From the NCBI RefSeq assembly GCF_000015945.1, contig NC_009033.1, positions 510,001 to 542,000 of the forward strand: DNA of 32,000 nucleotides, given 5' to 3'. How positions within the stretch are numbered: the stretch's first letter is position 1; each line of letters starts with the position of its first letter. Shown here piece after piece: positions 8,184 through 17,635 of the stretch. The stretch is from Staphylothermus marinus F1. Lineage in GTDB: Archaea > Thermoproteota > Thermoprotei_A > Sulfolobales > Desulfurococcaceae. The notes under the pieces were generated by a model. That model saw only the letters and a program-made list of their open reading frames with translations. It had not been told where the DNA came from and searched no databases. Position numbers and translations under genes: made by a program.

Positions 8184-8987
8184 TTATGGATAAGTCTTTG
8201 AAACACTGTATCTTCGATAAATATGTTCGGGCAATCCACAAACATAGTGTAGATTATCAAGCTCGATGGGATGGGGCTTAGCAACGATTATTATAGAGTG
8301 GGGAGGCGGGGGGTAAGTATAGTTTTTCAAATCAGCTAATCGATCAGCAACTATTTTCTCCATAGACGATCCTAGTTGTGCTAAGCCCACTCCTATAATA
8401 TTTTCTAAAACCCCTCTTTCATCCAGATCAATAAGTATATCGACTGCTTCGGGAATAGTCATAGCCTTGTTTTCTTCAATCTTTAAGTCTAGGAGAAGAA
8501 GAGTATGCAGGTTTCTATCTAGATTATCATATATTGTTTCAATAGTAGAATATGGTTTAAAATATTCAGGATAAACCAGAGTCACTGTTTTACCAAATTT
8601 ATAGGCTTGAAGACCTGTTCTTGAAGGAGCTAATGAATAAATAGATAAACCATTAATAACCTTTACCTTTATCCCTCTTCTTAATGCTTCAACCCTTATG
8701 GCGTCGTGAGTAGTAGCTATGAAGGGATCTCCTGGAACAAGAATAGCGATATTTTTCTTAGATGCTTCTTCAACGATAAAATGTATGTTTTTCCCCTCGA
8801 GAAACTCTCTTTTAGCCATCACAAATTCTTTTTCTTCACCCACTAGACTAACTAGTTTGTCAAGCGAGAAATCCGGCACAATATTAGTATATGTATCAAC
8901 ATATATTTTCTCCACATCTCTCAACGCATCAATTGCTTCTAGAGTTAAATGTTTTATTGATAAACCTAAGCCTATGAAGTAGAGCAT
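8184..8987 (-). CDS. dphB: diphthine synthase
   Basis: 267 aa. MLYFIGLGL, LVPGDPFIATTH and GLQAYKFGKTVTLVYP match the archaeal DphB/Dph5 tetrapyrrole-methylase-fold family. Confidence 0.9.
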   Translation of the reverse strand: MLYFIGLGLSIKHLTLEAIDALRDVEKIYVDTYTNIVPDFSLDKLVSLVGEEKEFVMAKREFLEGKNIHFIVEEASKKNIAILVPGDPFIATTHDAIRVEALRRGIKVKVINGLSIYSLAPSRTGLQAYKFGKTVTLVYPEYFKPYSTIETIYDNLDRNLHTLLLLDLKIEENKAMTIPEAVDILIDLDERGVLENIIGVGLAQLGSSMEKIVADRLADLKNYTYPPPPHSIIIVAKPHPIELDNLHYVCGLPEHIYRRYSVSKTYP

Positions 8988-9072
8988 TTTATAATCACTC
9001 TTTAATAATTATGTAGATAAATATATTTAGATCCGAGTTTCATAATTAATCATTAATGCTAGAAAAATTTTC

Positions 9073-10401
9073 TCATGGATAATACTTGTATATTTTGTAG
9101 AGAGTATAGGCTAAGTACCAGTTGTATAGTAGTGTAAATATTGTGGCTGATATACCCATTCCACGATATAAGGCTTCGAAGAAATTGTAGAAGTACACTC
9201 TCATATAATCTATGAATGAGAATACAAATGTTGTTCTATCAATAGATCTCTCTATAGCCCATAATGCGGAATAATATGATAAATCCTCAATTATTAATAC
9301 CGAACCATAAACAACTGCTGCTGCAAATAACGTTACAAAAGGATATAGTATTCCCTCGATCCACGATATAGCAATATATAAAAATCTTGATCCATCGAGC
9401 ATGCTATTCTTGCTGTTAATTATTATTGCTAATAATGGTAAAGCCCATGTTAAATAACCTAAATTATTAACTTTATTGACGATTAACGTCATCAATATAT
9501 ATATCACAAAGTACTTGTAGATGATTGATTCATCAAATCTATCAATCTTTATAATTTTAACAAAATAGAATACCAAAGCAACCACATATATTGGAAGCCA
9601 TGTGACAGTTATCCAAGAAGGCAACCTGGTATAATCATAGTTGTACAGGTATAATGGTATAGCCCATAAACTAAGCTCTTGAGGATACCTTTGAGAATGA
9701 TATATGAGGACTTTATAGATGAAAGCATAAGGATCCACAACAAAGAATGGTAGAATAACTATAGATGCTACAGCTATTCCTGTAACAACATATTTTTTCA
9801 AGTCTGTAAATCGTTTCTCTTTATAGTAGATTATCAAAGGTATTAATGCCAAGAATATCAGTATTTGTTTATAAAGAATAGCTAATGCAAGGTAAACTGC
9901 TACTTTAACAGGGTTTCTACTAGGTTTAGCAAGCTCATATGCAGCTAAGAGTATGAAGAGTGCTGGTAAGAGATCAAATTGATAAACCAATATTACAAGG
10001 TAGGGAACAGCGTTGGCTAACCAATAATAAGCTGTTTTTAAACCATGCTTATTTCTTAAAAAGATAAAGATCAAGTTAAAAGCTATGATTAATGGTAATT
10101 TATCAATCAATCTTATAATCGGAAGAGACGTGGTAATAGATGTTGCTAGGAGATGTGGTAATACAAAAGTTAATACTGCAATAGGCGGGTAAGCAACTTT
10201 TCTAGCATATTTATATACAAATAATATTCCATGATCCCTGACTACATCTGCCCATTCAAGAAAATATCTAACATCATAGTAGTTCCACGAAAAAATTGCT
10301 GTTGACAATAAAAGAATATTTATGAGTAATAGAAGCAACAATCCGTTCTGATAGGTTAATACTTTCCTGATCTTTTCAGCTATTTCGGACACCAAAATCA
10401 A
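9073..10401 (-). CDS. polytopic membrane protein, possibly a GT-C-type glycosyltransferase
   Basis: 442 aa with more than 10 predicted hydrophobic helices and a TTG start. The functional guess rests only on size and topology. Confidence 0.4.
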   Translation of the reverse strand: MILVSEIAEKIRKVLTYQNGLLLLLLINILLLSTAIFSWNYYDVRYFLEWADVVRDHGILFVYKYARKVAYPPIAVLTFVLPHLLATSITTSLPIIRLIDKLPLIIAFNLIFIFLRNKHGLKTAYYWLANAVPYLVILVYQFDLLPALFILLAAYELAKPSRNPVKVAVYLALAILYKQILIFLALIPLIIYYKEKRFTDLKKYVVTGIAVASIVILPFFVVDPYAFIYKVLIYHSQRYPQELSLWAIPLYLYNYDYTRLPSWITVTWLPIYVVALVFYFVKIIKIDRFDESIIYKYFVIYILMTLIVNKVNNLGYLTWALPLLAIIINSKNSMLDGSRFLYIAISWIEGILYPFVTLFAAAVVYGSVLIIEDLSYYSALWAIERSIDRTTFVFSFIDYMRVYFYNFFEALYRGMGISATIFTLLYNWYLAYTLYKIYKYYP

Positions 10402-10420
10402 CTACCCTAAAGTACTTTTA

Positions 10421-10450
10421 TTCTTCAGCATACACGTTACTCATCACATA
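10421..10450 (-). ncRNA. C/D-like motif (C box + 12 nt + CUGA) in the 5' leader of the membrane-protein gene
   Basis: The minus-sense sequence reads GUGAUGA (10447-10441)-GUAACGUGUAUG (12 nt)-CUGA (10428-10425). No convincing second half lies outside the CDS. A TATA-like CATTTATAA (10491-10499, minus sense) would start the transcript near 10468. Confidence 0.3.
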
Positions 10451-10620
10451 TTAATGTGCTAAATTATTCTTCTAATCCTTATTTTTCCGGTTATAAATGA
10501 AAAAGGTTTCCTCGGCTATGGATATGTAGCATGATTATTGTTGTAATATAATCATTAATTTATTTATTGCCTCATTATATTGTATTAGTTTATAAGTAAA
10601 ATTATCATGAAATAACTTAG

Positions 10621-11430
10621 GTGTTATACTTGAATACTAGCAGTGATCATGACAATATTGTTTTTGTCAAATTGGGTGGGAGCTTTATTACATATAAAGA
10701 TAAGCCTTATAGCATAAACTATGTTGCTCTAAAGAAAACTGTTGATATTCTGAGTAGTGTTTATGGAAAAACCAGTATATTGCTTGGAAACGGTGGCGGA
10801 AGCTTCGCTCATTTCGTCGTTGAAAAATATAAGATGTATGATAAGAAGATTTTACTAGTTAATTGTCATAGAGTTACTCGATTATTAAATTCTATAATAG
10901 TTGACTACTTATTAGATCATGGATTGCTTGTTTCAACCATGCAGACTTCAGCAATAATATATGGAGGTGTAAAAGGTTTTGAATCATTTATTAAACCGTT
11001 AAAGTATTTGTTACGTAATAATATTATTCCAAGCATTTATGGTGAGTGTATTATTGACGAGAATGAAGTTGTTAGGATAATGTCGACTGAAGAGGTTTTC
11101 TCCATTCTTGCTAAATATATAAATGTTTCTAGAATAGTCTTGTTAACTGATGTTGAAGGAGTATATACTTGTGATCCTAAAAAATGTGATGATGCAGAAT
11201 TAATACCTAGAATAGACAAGAGTAATATAGATACTGTTCTTTCAAGACTTAATGAGACAATGTATATGGATGAAACGGGAAGTATTTATGGAAAGGTAAA
11301 ATATATGGCTGATCTCTCAGAAAATTTAGAGATACCGGTATTTATTGTATCGGGATTTGATGTCGAGAATGCTGTAAATGCTATATTGTATGGTAAAGTA
11401 TCGAGGGGTACAGTGATAGATATGAGCTAA
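10621..11430 (+). CDS. isopentenyl phosphate kinase (amino-acid-kinase fold)
   Basis: VFVKLGGSFITYKDKPYSI and LGNGGGSFAHFVV match the IPK signature (KLGGS...K, GxGGGSFGH). The start is uncertain: GTG 10621 or TTG 10630. Confidence 0.8.
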   Translation: MLYLNTSSDHDNIVFVKLGGSFITYKDKPYSINYVALKKTVDILSSVYGKTSILLGNGGGSFAHFVVEKYKMYDKKILLVNCHRVTRLLNSIIVDYLLDHGLLVSTMQTSAIIYGGVKGFESFIKPLKYLLRNNIIPSIYGECIIDENEVVRIMSTEEVFSILAKYINVSRIVLLTDVEGVYTCDPKKCDDAELIPRIDKSNIDTVLSRLNETMYMDETGSIYGKVKYMADLSENLEIPVFIVSGFDVENAVNAILYGKVSRGTVIDMS

Positions 11431-11877
11431 TTATACTAGGTAAACAATTAGTTTATTATCGGTTTCCTCAAAATATGTTTCTCTCTTCCTAGACAATGCT
11501 ATTCCTACCTCATCACTAGTGATAATAACGTATTCATACAAGGTGTATCCAGGAGTGATTATTGTATAGTATATATCATATTTTGTTGTAGTATATACTA
11601 TTTGATAATCCCCTATTAGAACAGGTTTCTTTGCAGGTGTTATCTGTGGTGGAGTTGCGTATGGATTAATTTTTTCCTTTAAATATACGTAGATGTATTT
11701 TCTTTTATTATCTTCTCCAATCCTATACCCCCTATAGTTATCAATGATAATCGTCCTAGGTCTTAGTTCCAAGGAGAAATTAGACGAATAAATAATTAAT
11801 GTGTCTTCGTGTAGCTCCGTATATAACGAGCCATTTCCCCATTTGATCCTTAGCTTCAAATATTTGTTCACCAACAT
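11431..11877 (-). CDS. hypothetical protein
   Basis: 148-aa ORF with normal K/E/I/Y-rich composition. It is convergent with and abuts the IPK stop. No family was recognised. Confidence 0.45.
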   Translation of the reverse strand: MLVNKYLKLRIKWGNGSLYTELHEDTLIIYSSNFSLELRPRTIIIDNYRGYRIGEDNKRKYIYVYLKEKINPYATPPQITPAKKPVLIGDYQIVYTTTKYDIYYTIITPGYTLYEYVIITSDEVGIALSRKRETYFEETDNKLIVYLV

Positions 11878-11957
11878 ATTATTTATAACAATAAGGTTTT
11901 AATAGCCAATTAGGATTTAAAGGATTTAACTAGTTGAGAATATAGAGGCTGATAGCG

Positions 11958-12191
11958 ATGCCTAAGACACCAAGTATAATACTTAGAGAGGAGCTGGCTA
12001 AGAGACAGCTAGAACTACTAGATATTTATCATGGAAAAGAAAAAGACATTATAAGAGTGAAGGATAAGATGACTGGAAAAGTATTTTTATATGAAACTAA
12101 GACTTTTGTACGTGATATGGATAAGGATAGAATTATTGAGTTAGCTAATAGTATACAAGAGAAATTAAAAGAGCTTGTTTCTAAGAAATAA
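11958..12191 (+). CDS. hypothetical small protein
   Basis: 77-aa ORF with an ATG start and AGAGG about 10 nt upstream. Its composition is coding-like, unlike the antisense ORF at 12029-12211. Confidence 0.45.
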   Translation: MPKTPSIILREELAKRQLELLDIYHGKEKDIIRVKDKMTGKVFLYETKTFVRDMDKDRIIELANSIQEKLKELVSKK

Positions 12192-12194
12192 TCT

Positions 12195-13451
12195 TCACCT
12201 ATTAGATCCAAGTATTCTCACACAGTATCCAAACCTACATTTCACATATTCTGAAAATAATGCTTTACTAATATGGTCTCCTTCAAGAAGCATTTTTAGA
12301 AAATATTTTTCCCTAATAATTTTTCTAAGAACAACATTGTTTTCTTCAGCCATCTTTTTCAATTCATCCATCCTTATCTGAGGAGGCTCTAATCCTGGGA
12401 CCACTATATTATGATATATCATTTTCCAACATATGCGTCCATGTGTATAAATATTAGCCATACAAGCTTCTGGGAAGGCTATTAATCCTATTTTTCTAGC
12501 ATATCTGATTATTTCTTCTTTGAGGTCTCTAGTACTTATTGGAACCTGCTCCCTACCACGTGGTTTTCTAGGGAGCCTACGAATTATTTCTCCTATATCT
12601 AGCCCTGCTTTTCTCAATCTATCTAGGATCCTGTTTGTAACCCTTAATGATCCCACAACGACTCCTACTGCTCCACTATCCCTAGCTTTCTCCAAGATCT
12701 CCACATATTCTTCCTCTATAATTCCTGGTATGATTGGTCTAAGGAATAATATCGGTTTTAATCCCGTGCTTCTAAGATTTTTTATTGTCTCAAATCTTTT
12801 CTCGGGAGGTGGAGCTAGTGGTTCTAGTTTATCCTTGTATTTAATAGTTATTATTGTTATTAGTGGAGATATGCCCGGGTCTAATTGTTTTAATCTATAT
12901 GCATCTCTTCTGGTTAGATACATTTTTGTTGAGAATTGTATTGGGTTTTTCAGATAGGTTGCAATAGCTTCTATGTACTCGAAGGTTTTTTCACGAGTTA
13001 CTCCGAGGAATGGTTCGGTTACTGATCCTATTGCTATTAGTGTCCCATATTCTCCTGGTACAAAGTATGGGTTATACAGTAATGCATATACTAGTTGTAA
13101 ACCTGTTAATGGATATGGTTTAACTATCCAATTAAACCCCATGTCTTCTATATAGCAATAAGTGCATCTAAGACTGCATCCTATGCCTGTATGTATAGTC
13201 ATTCCACATGGTCTAGGTTTTCTCCTAGCATGGTGATCTCTTATAGCTTCATGTATTTCTTTAGATGTAAGCTTTGAAGCAATGGTTTTTCTCAATTGAT
13301 TTTTTAGTTGAAGTATGTTTACCAATTCCGCTCCCGGAAAAATATTATCTTTAAACCATATTATTCTATACTTAGCATAGATGGGTGCTAACATGGCTGA
13401 TAGGAACGTATTATTTTTATCTAGAGAATGTAGTTTTATAGATGATTTCAT
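12195..13451 (-). CDS. radical SAM protein (SplB/COG1533-like)
   Basis: The CxxxCxxC motif is GIGCSLRCTYCY, and the TIM-barrel-like body is conserved-looking. The start is ambiguous (ATG 13451 or ATG 13394) because it overlaps the divergent gene. Confidence 0.75.
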   Translation of the reverse strand: MKSSIKLHSLDKNNTFLSAMLAPIYAKYRIIWFKDNIFPGAELVNILQLKNQLRKTIASKLTSKEIHEAIRDHHARRKPRPCGMTIHTGIGCSLRCTYCYIEDMGFNWIVKPYPLTGLQLVYALLYNPYFVPGEYGTLIAIGSVTEPFLGVTREKTFEYIEAIATYLKNPIQFSTKMYLTRRDAYRLKQLDPGISPLITIITIKYKDKLEPLAPPPEKRFETIKNLRSTGLKPILFLRPIIPGIIEEEYVEILEKARDSGAVGVVVGSLRVTNRILDRLRKAGLDIGEIIRRLPRKPRGREQVPISTRDLKEEIIRYARKIGLIAFPEACMANIYTHGRICWKMIYHNIVVPGLEPPQIRMDELKKMAEENNVVLRKIIREKYFLKMLLEGDHISKALFSEYVKCRFGYCVRILGSNR

Positions 13452-14406
13452 CTATGATAAGCTTGTAAAGGAGAATTTTAACGTCGAATTCGTTGATCTC
13501 ACAAGTATTTATGAACACATTAAGGGCGTTGAACTAGTTAAGCGTTTTAAAATATTTTTTAAACTATTTCTAGAAATAGTTAAGCGAGCCGATAATCATG
13601 GTTTCATTATATGTTCTCCGGTTGATTCTTGGTTTCTGTCCCTAGTTTTCAGCCTAGTCATTTCTACGCCGAGGAAAGCAGTAATTATAATACCTCCGAG
13701 TCCGAAGCATATATTTGGTTTTATAAGGTTGTTTAAACTATATTTGTTCAGATTTTCCCTTTTCCTACTAAGATTATTTGGAGTAAATACTTTATTGGTA
13801 TTCACTACACCCTACGAGAAAGAATATCTGGAGACTATTGTTAGGAGCCGTAATTATGTATATATACCGCTGATAGAGCCTCGCGTATCTAAGGTTAGAG
13901 AACTTATTTATAGTGATAAACCATTGATGATTATTTCCTATGATGACTGGATAAATAATCAAGTATTCTATAATGCTTTAGAAATATTTAGAGAACTTGG
14001 CTTACAGGCTAGATACATTATAATTAGTTCTAAACCAATTGTTCATGAATGTAGGGGAAACTATAATGTTATATGTATATATAGCGACGATGTCTCCGAG
14101 ATCATAAAACGTTCTACAATAGTTATTGTAAAGAATGCTAGTCCAGAATCAAATAGAATACTTGTAGAAGCAATAATGAATGGTAGACCAGTTATTTCCT
14201 CGAAGGAAATAGGTATGGCTCACATATATAGTGATACTGAGCTCATAGTATTTCTCAATAAATGGACCTTGGAGGCATTTACGGATACAGTACTAAGAAT
14301 TCTGAATAGAATAGATTACTTCAAGAAAGCAAGTTTGAAGAATATACCCACACCTCTGAAAAGTGATTATGGCATATATGTCCTAATAGACTTTCTAAAG
14401 AATTAA
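13393..14406 (+). CDS. glycosyltransferase-like protein (GT-B/GT4-like C-terminal half)
   Basis: The C-terminal ESNRILVEAIMNGRPVISS resembles the Glycos_transf_1 E-x7-E / PVI region. The N-terminus MADRNVLFLS is GT4-like. The track's start is ATG 13381. Confidence 0.5.
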   Translation: MADRNVLFLSRECSFIDDFIYDKLVKENFNVEFVDLTSIYEHIKGVELVKRFKIFFKLFLEIVKRADNHGFIICSPVDSWFLSLVFSLVISTPRKAVIIIPPSPKHIFGFIRLFKLYLFRFSLFLLRLFGVNTLLVFTTPYEKEYLETIVRSRNYVYIPLIEPRVSKVRELIYSDKPLMIISYDDWINNQVFYNALEIFRELGLQARYIIISSKPIVHECRGNYNVICIYSDDVSEIIKRSTIVIVKNASPESNRILVEAIMNGRPVISSKEIGMAHIYSDTELIVFLNKWTLEAFTDTVLRILNRIDYFKKASLKNIPTPLKSDYGIYVLIDFLKN

Positions 14407-14407
14407 T

Positions 14408-14497
14408 GGCTCGGAGAAAAAGTGTTCAGTCATCGTCCGATCCTAGCCTGGCCACCTAGGATCGGCTCAATGCTCTTCCGGCGCGCTCCTCACAGCC
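14408..14497 (-). ncRNA. atypical 90-nt C/D box sRNA with a 10-bp GC-rich hairpin between D' and C'
   Basis: The 5' half, minus-sense, reads GGC-U-GUGAGGA(C, 14493-14487)-16 nt-UUGA(D', 14470-14467)-G. The hairpin is CCGAUCCUAG-GUGGCCAGG-CUAGGAUCGG (14465-14437). The 3' half reads A-CGAUGA(C', 14435-14430)-15 nt-CCGA(D, 14414-14411)-GCC. The terminal GGC/GCC stem, 3-nt bulge and tandem GA give K-turn geometry. C-box position 5 (G) and D-box position 2 (C) change together to a G-C pair. The TATA ATTATATAGT (14521-14530, minus sense) is centred about 27 nt upstream of the 5' end. The locus is a local GC island in AT-rich spacer. Confidence 0.6.
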
Positions 14498-14637
14498 AAT
14501 AATACACTTAATAATTAACCACTATATAATCTGTTTCTAAAATTAAATTGTGAGATAGAGAAATGTATCTGTGGCTGGAGCAATAGCTAAATGATCCACT
14601 ATGTTACACCTATTTTTATTACTAGAAGATTTTATTG

Positions 14638-15348
14638 TTAGTTTTTCATTGTTTTTAATGAGCTGTTTATTTGATCTAATATGAGGTTTATTTTGTTTAT
14701 TATTCTTCTTATGTTTTCTCGGAGAACAAGTAGTTGTGCTTCTAAGCGTAGGTATTGATAGTTCTTATGTTTATAGCTTAGTACTCCTTTTTTCTGTAGT
14801 CTCCTTATTTTTCTTGCTACATCATTTATTGTAGTGTTATGTTTATCTGCTAGTTCCTTTATTGTTTTAGTTGTAGCAATTTCTTCTAGGAAATCATATT
14901 CTTCAGGACTTAGTTTTTTCTCTGTCAATAATATGTCTAGTAGTTCTTGTATAATATTGTTTATTGATGCTTTTACAAGTGTCTCTAGTTCTTCTGCTTC
15001 TACCAAGTAATAGTCTTTGAGTTGGTAAACCTTGATTCCAAGCTTATCTGCTAAAGCTGCTGCTGAATCATCTGCGAATCCCTTAGCTACTATGAGGGGC
15101 TTATACCCTACTAGCTGTGCGTTAACATAGGCTTGTCTTATACCGTTTACATCTATTGTTCCAGCCTTGATTTCTACAGCGTATTTCTCGCCTTTTTCAT
15201 CCTCAACTATAGCATCGATCTCTGATACTTCTACACCTTCTATTTTTACCTTGACGTGTTTATCTATAATCTTAAATCCTTGTTGCTCTAGGAACTGGAG
15301 CGCTATTTCTTCGCTACTTCTCCATTTACGTTTAGCTGATAAACTCAA
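14638..15348 (-). CDS. PD-(D/E)xK nuclease-fold protein with C-terminal HTH
   Basis: The N-terminal EIDAIVEDEKGEKYAVEIKAG fits the D...E-x-K restriction-endonuclease-like motif. The C-terminal TIKELADKHNTTINDVARKIRRLQKKG is HTH-like. The TTG start directly follows the cysS stop (AAA TAA TTG), suggesting coupling. Confidence 0.55.
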   Translation of the reverse strand: MSLSAKRKWRSSEEIALQFLEQQGFKIIDKHVKVKIEGVEVSEIDAIVEDEKGEKYAVEIKAGTIDVNGIRQAYVNAQLVGYKPLIVAKGFADDSAAALADKLGIKVYQLKDYYLVEAEELETLVKASINNIIQELLDILLTEKKLSPEEYDFLEEIATTKTIKELADKHNTTINDVARKIRRLQKKGVLSYKHKNYQYLRLEAQLLVLRENIRRIINKINLILDQINSSLKTMKN

Positions 15349-16791
15349 TTATTTTCTCCTCATCCACGTTGTTTCCTTTCCTCGATCCATAAGTATTATT
15401 CCATGTTTTCCTAGCTCACTTCTTATACGGTCAGCTAGATCATATAGTTTTCTTTCACGAAGCTCCCTTCTAATATCTACAACTATATTGATCACATTAT
15501 CTAGGAGGGTTTCTAGTTCTTCAGGTGTTTCAACCAAATATTTATCTAGAACTCCCAGTACTGTATTGAACTCCCTTAATAATTTGTAGGCGGTTAATAC
15601 TAACATGTATTTAGGATTATATTGTATCTCCTTAAACACTAGAGTCATAAACTCGCTTATCACAGCTAGTGCTTGCGGTGTGTTGAAATCATTCGATAAA
15701 GCTTCGTGAAATCTTGATCTAATCTCTAATAGTTTCTCGAGAATCTTTAAGTCTTCATCATTCATCCTATGGAGACTTACTGCTTCTCTACTCAGCTTCT
15801 TAATAGTATTAGTGACTGATACAAGTCTCTCATAGTATTTCTGTGCCTGTCTTATTGATTCCTCAGTAAACACTAGTGGTCTCCTATAATGACTTGTTAA
15901 ATACCATAATCTCAGTGTTTCAGGACCCCACTCCTTGAATGCTTCCCTTAATGGTATAATGTTTCCCAAGCTCTTACTCATCTTCTCACTACCCATCATA
16001 ACCATTCCAGTGTGAACCCAGTACTTCACCCAAGGCTTCACACCAAATGCTGCTTCACTTTGTGCTCTCTCATTCTCATGGTGTGGAAATATGAGATCAG
16101 TTCCTCCACCATGAATATCGAATTGTCTGCCTAAATACCTAGAACTCATAACGCTACATTCAATATGCCATCCCGGCCTCCCCTTACCCCATGGAGCATC
16201 CCAATGTGGTTCTCCGGGCTTCCATGCTTTCCATAATGCGAAATCGTATGGTTTCTTTTTCTCACTAATAAATTCCTTTTCCTGGCTCCACAACTCCTTA
16301 TTGGTTCTCCCAGATAATTCTCCATATTCAGGATACTTATCTACTTCAAAATAGACACTCCCGCTTGGAGCAACATATGCGTATCCTTTATCTATTAGTA
16401 TTTGGATGAACTCAATGATTTCTTTAATGTGCTCTGTTACTCGGGGATGAAGATCTACCTTCACATTTAGTTTCCCGAGGCTTTCAAGATAATCTCTCGT
16501 ATATGTTTCAGCTATTTCTCTCCAGTCACGTTTTTCTTGATGCGCTCTATTAATGATCTTGTCATCTATATCAGTAATATTCATCACATGAAGAACATGG
16601 TATCCTCTAAGAGCAAGGTATCTCTTCAACGCATCATATACAACATATACTCTTCCATGACCTATATGGTTATAATCATATACTGTTGGTCCACAAACAT
16701 ACATTTTAACAAATCCGGGAGATACCGGTTTAAATTCCTCGATCTTCCTGGTAAGCGTATTATATATTTTGATCCCATACAATAGAAGCAC
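15349..16791 (-). CDS. cysS: cysteine--tRNA ligase
   Basis: 480 aa. The HIGH-type motif is NHIGHGR and KMSKS is present (EKMSKSLGN). WHIECS is also present. The start is GTG. Confidence 0.95.
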   Translation of the reverse strand: MLLLYGIKIYNTLTRKIEEFKPVSPGFVKMYVCGPTVYDYNHIGHGRVYVVYDALKRYLALRGYHVLHVMNITDIDDKIINRAHQEKRDWREIAETYTRDYLESLGKLNVKVDLHPRVTEHIKEIIEFIQILIDKGYAYVAPSGSVYFEVDKYPEYGELSGRTNKELWSQEKEFISEKKKPYDFALWKAWKPGEPHWDAPWGKGRPGWHIECSVMSSRYLGRQFDIHGGGTDLIFPHHENERAQSEAAFGVKPWVKYWVHTGMVMMGSEKMSKSLGNIIPLREAFKEWGPETLRLWYLTSHYRRPLVFTEESIRQAQKYYERLVSVTNTIKKLSREAVSLHRMNDEDLKILEKLLEIRSRFHEALSNDFNTPQALAVISEFMTLVFKEIQYNPKYMLVLTAYKLLREFNTVLGVLDKYLVETPEELETLLDNVINIVVDIRRELRERKLYDLADRIRSELGKHGIILMDRGKETTWMRRK

Positions 16792-16878
16792 CCAAAAACA
16801 CTCTTATTACCCTATTGATAATTTTATGAAGCCGTAACTCCTTTTTAATGCTTAGGTATTCTCTAAGACGTTCTCGCT

Positions 16879-16911
16879 AGAAAATGGAAAACAAAAATGT
16901 TTATTTCCATT
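16879..16911 (-). terminator. hairpin plus T-tracts downstream of the nucleoside phosphorylase gene
   Basis: In minus sense, AAUGGAAA and UUUCCAUU (16911-16904 / 16890-16883) form an 8-bp stem that overlaps the stop codon. It is followed by UUUU, and a UUUUUGUUUU tract lies within it. Oligo-T is the known archaeal termination signal. Confidence 0.35.
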
Positions 16912-17635
16912 AAAGGCTTCTATATGCTTCCAGAACAGCTTTTGCTGCTATATTTATTTTTTCTTTGAGCTCTTCGCTTGTAGCGAATTCTTCTTTTTCC
17001 GATAATAAATTATCGCTTATTACTAGTACAGCAGCTGTTCTCCAATTACGCATCCATCCAAGTGCGAAAAGTATTGCTGCCTCCATCTCGACAGCTATAA
17101 CTCCTCTACTATTCCATTTCTTGGCAAATCCTGGGTCTTCAGCGTAGAAGGCATCACTGCTAAATACTGGTCCAGCATAGAATCTAGTACCTGTTTCCCC
17201 CAGCTTCTCCATGATCTTAGTAGTTAATACTGGGTCTGGAGAAGTCGGTGCGCATGCTTCAGGCATGTATTGTCCTAGACCGCATCCGCCTCTCGTATAT
17301 GCTGCTCCAGTAGCTACTACTATATCTCCTATCTCTAAATCCTCTCTCATACCCCCTGCTGTTCCAAGCCTCGTAATTTTTCTGGCTCCAAGCATTCCTA
17401 GTTCTTCGAATACTATGGCTGCTGAGGGACAGCCCATTCCATGTGTTGCAATAGTCACCCGGATATCCTTGTAGTTACCGGTTATAACAAGTAATCCTCG
17501 ATGCTCATTAACAACTTTGTAATCATCTAATAATTCTGCAAGAATCTTTACCCTCCCAGGATCACCTACTGCTATAACGTTTTCAGCTATTTCTCCAGGT
17601 TTAGCTTTTATGTGGGGAAGAGTTTTCTCACTCAT
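16910..17635 (-). CDS. PNP/UDP-family nucleoside phosphorylase (DeoD-like; could act on purine nucleosides, MTA or uridine)
   Basis: 241 aa. VGDPGRV, THGMGCPSAAIVFEEL, RLGTAGG and VEMEAAILF are typical of the hexameric PNP_UDP_1 family. Confidence 0.85.
   Translation of the reverse strand: MSEKTLPHIKAKPGEIAENVIAVGDPGRVKILAELLDDYKVVNEHRGLLVITGNYKDIRVTIATHGMGCPSAAIVFEELGMLGARKITRLGTAGGMREDLEIGDIVVATGAAYTRGGCGLGQYMPEACAPTSPDPVLTTKIMEKLGETGTRFYAGPVFSSDAFYAEDPGFAKKWNSRGVIAVEMEAAILFALGWMRNWRTAAVLVISDNLLSEKEEFATSEELKEKINIAAKAVLEAYRSL

Noticed and set aside
13924-13960. Two UGAUGA boxes (13924-13930 and 13940-13946) and a 9-bp inverted repeat (TGATTATTT/AAATAATCA) inside the GT-like CDS.
   Set aside because: No CUGA-type D or D' box lies at a guide-length distance. 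The motif sits mid-CDS in AT-rich coding sequence, where such strings arise from ...IDD/YDD... codons.
14408-14497. H/ACA pseudouridylation guide interpretation of the GC-rich hairpin element, read on the + strand. This would give two ~20-nt 'pocket' strands around the 10-bp stem, with ACA in CUCACAGCC.
   Set aside because: The lower stem would be only 4 bp (GGAG/CUCC). The apical region has no K-turn/K-loop GA motif for L7Ae. The ACA is not positioned directly after a stable lower stem. The minus-strand C/D reading explains all boxes, the terminal stem and the TATA position.
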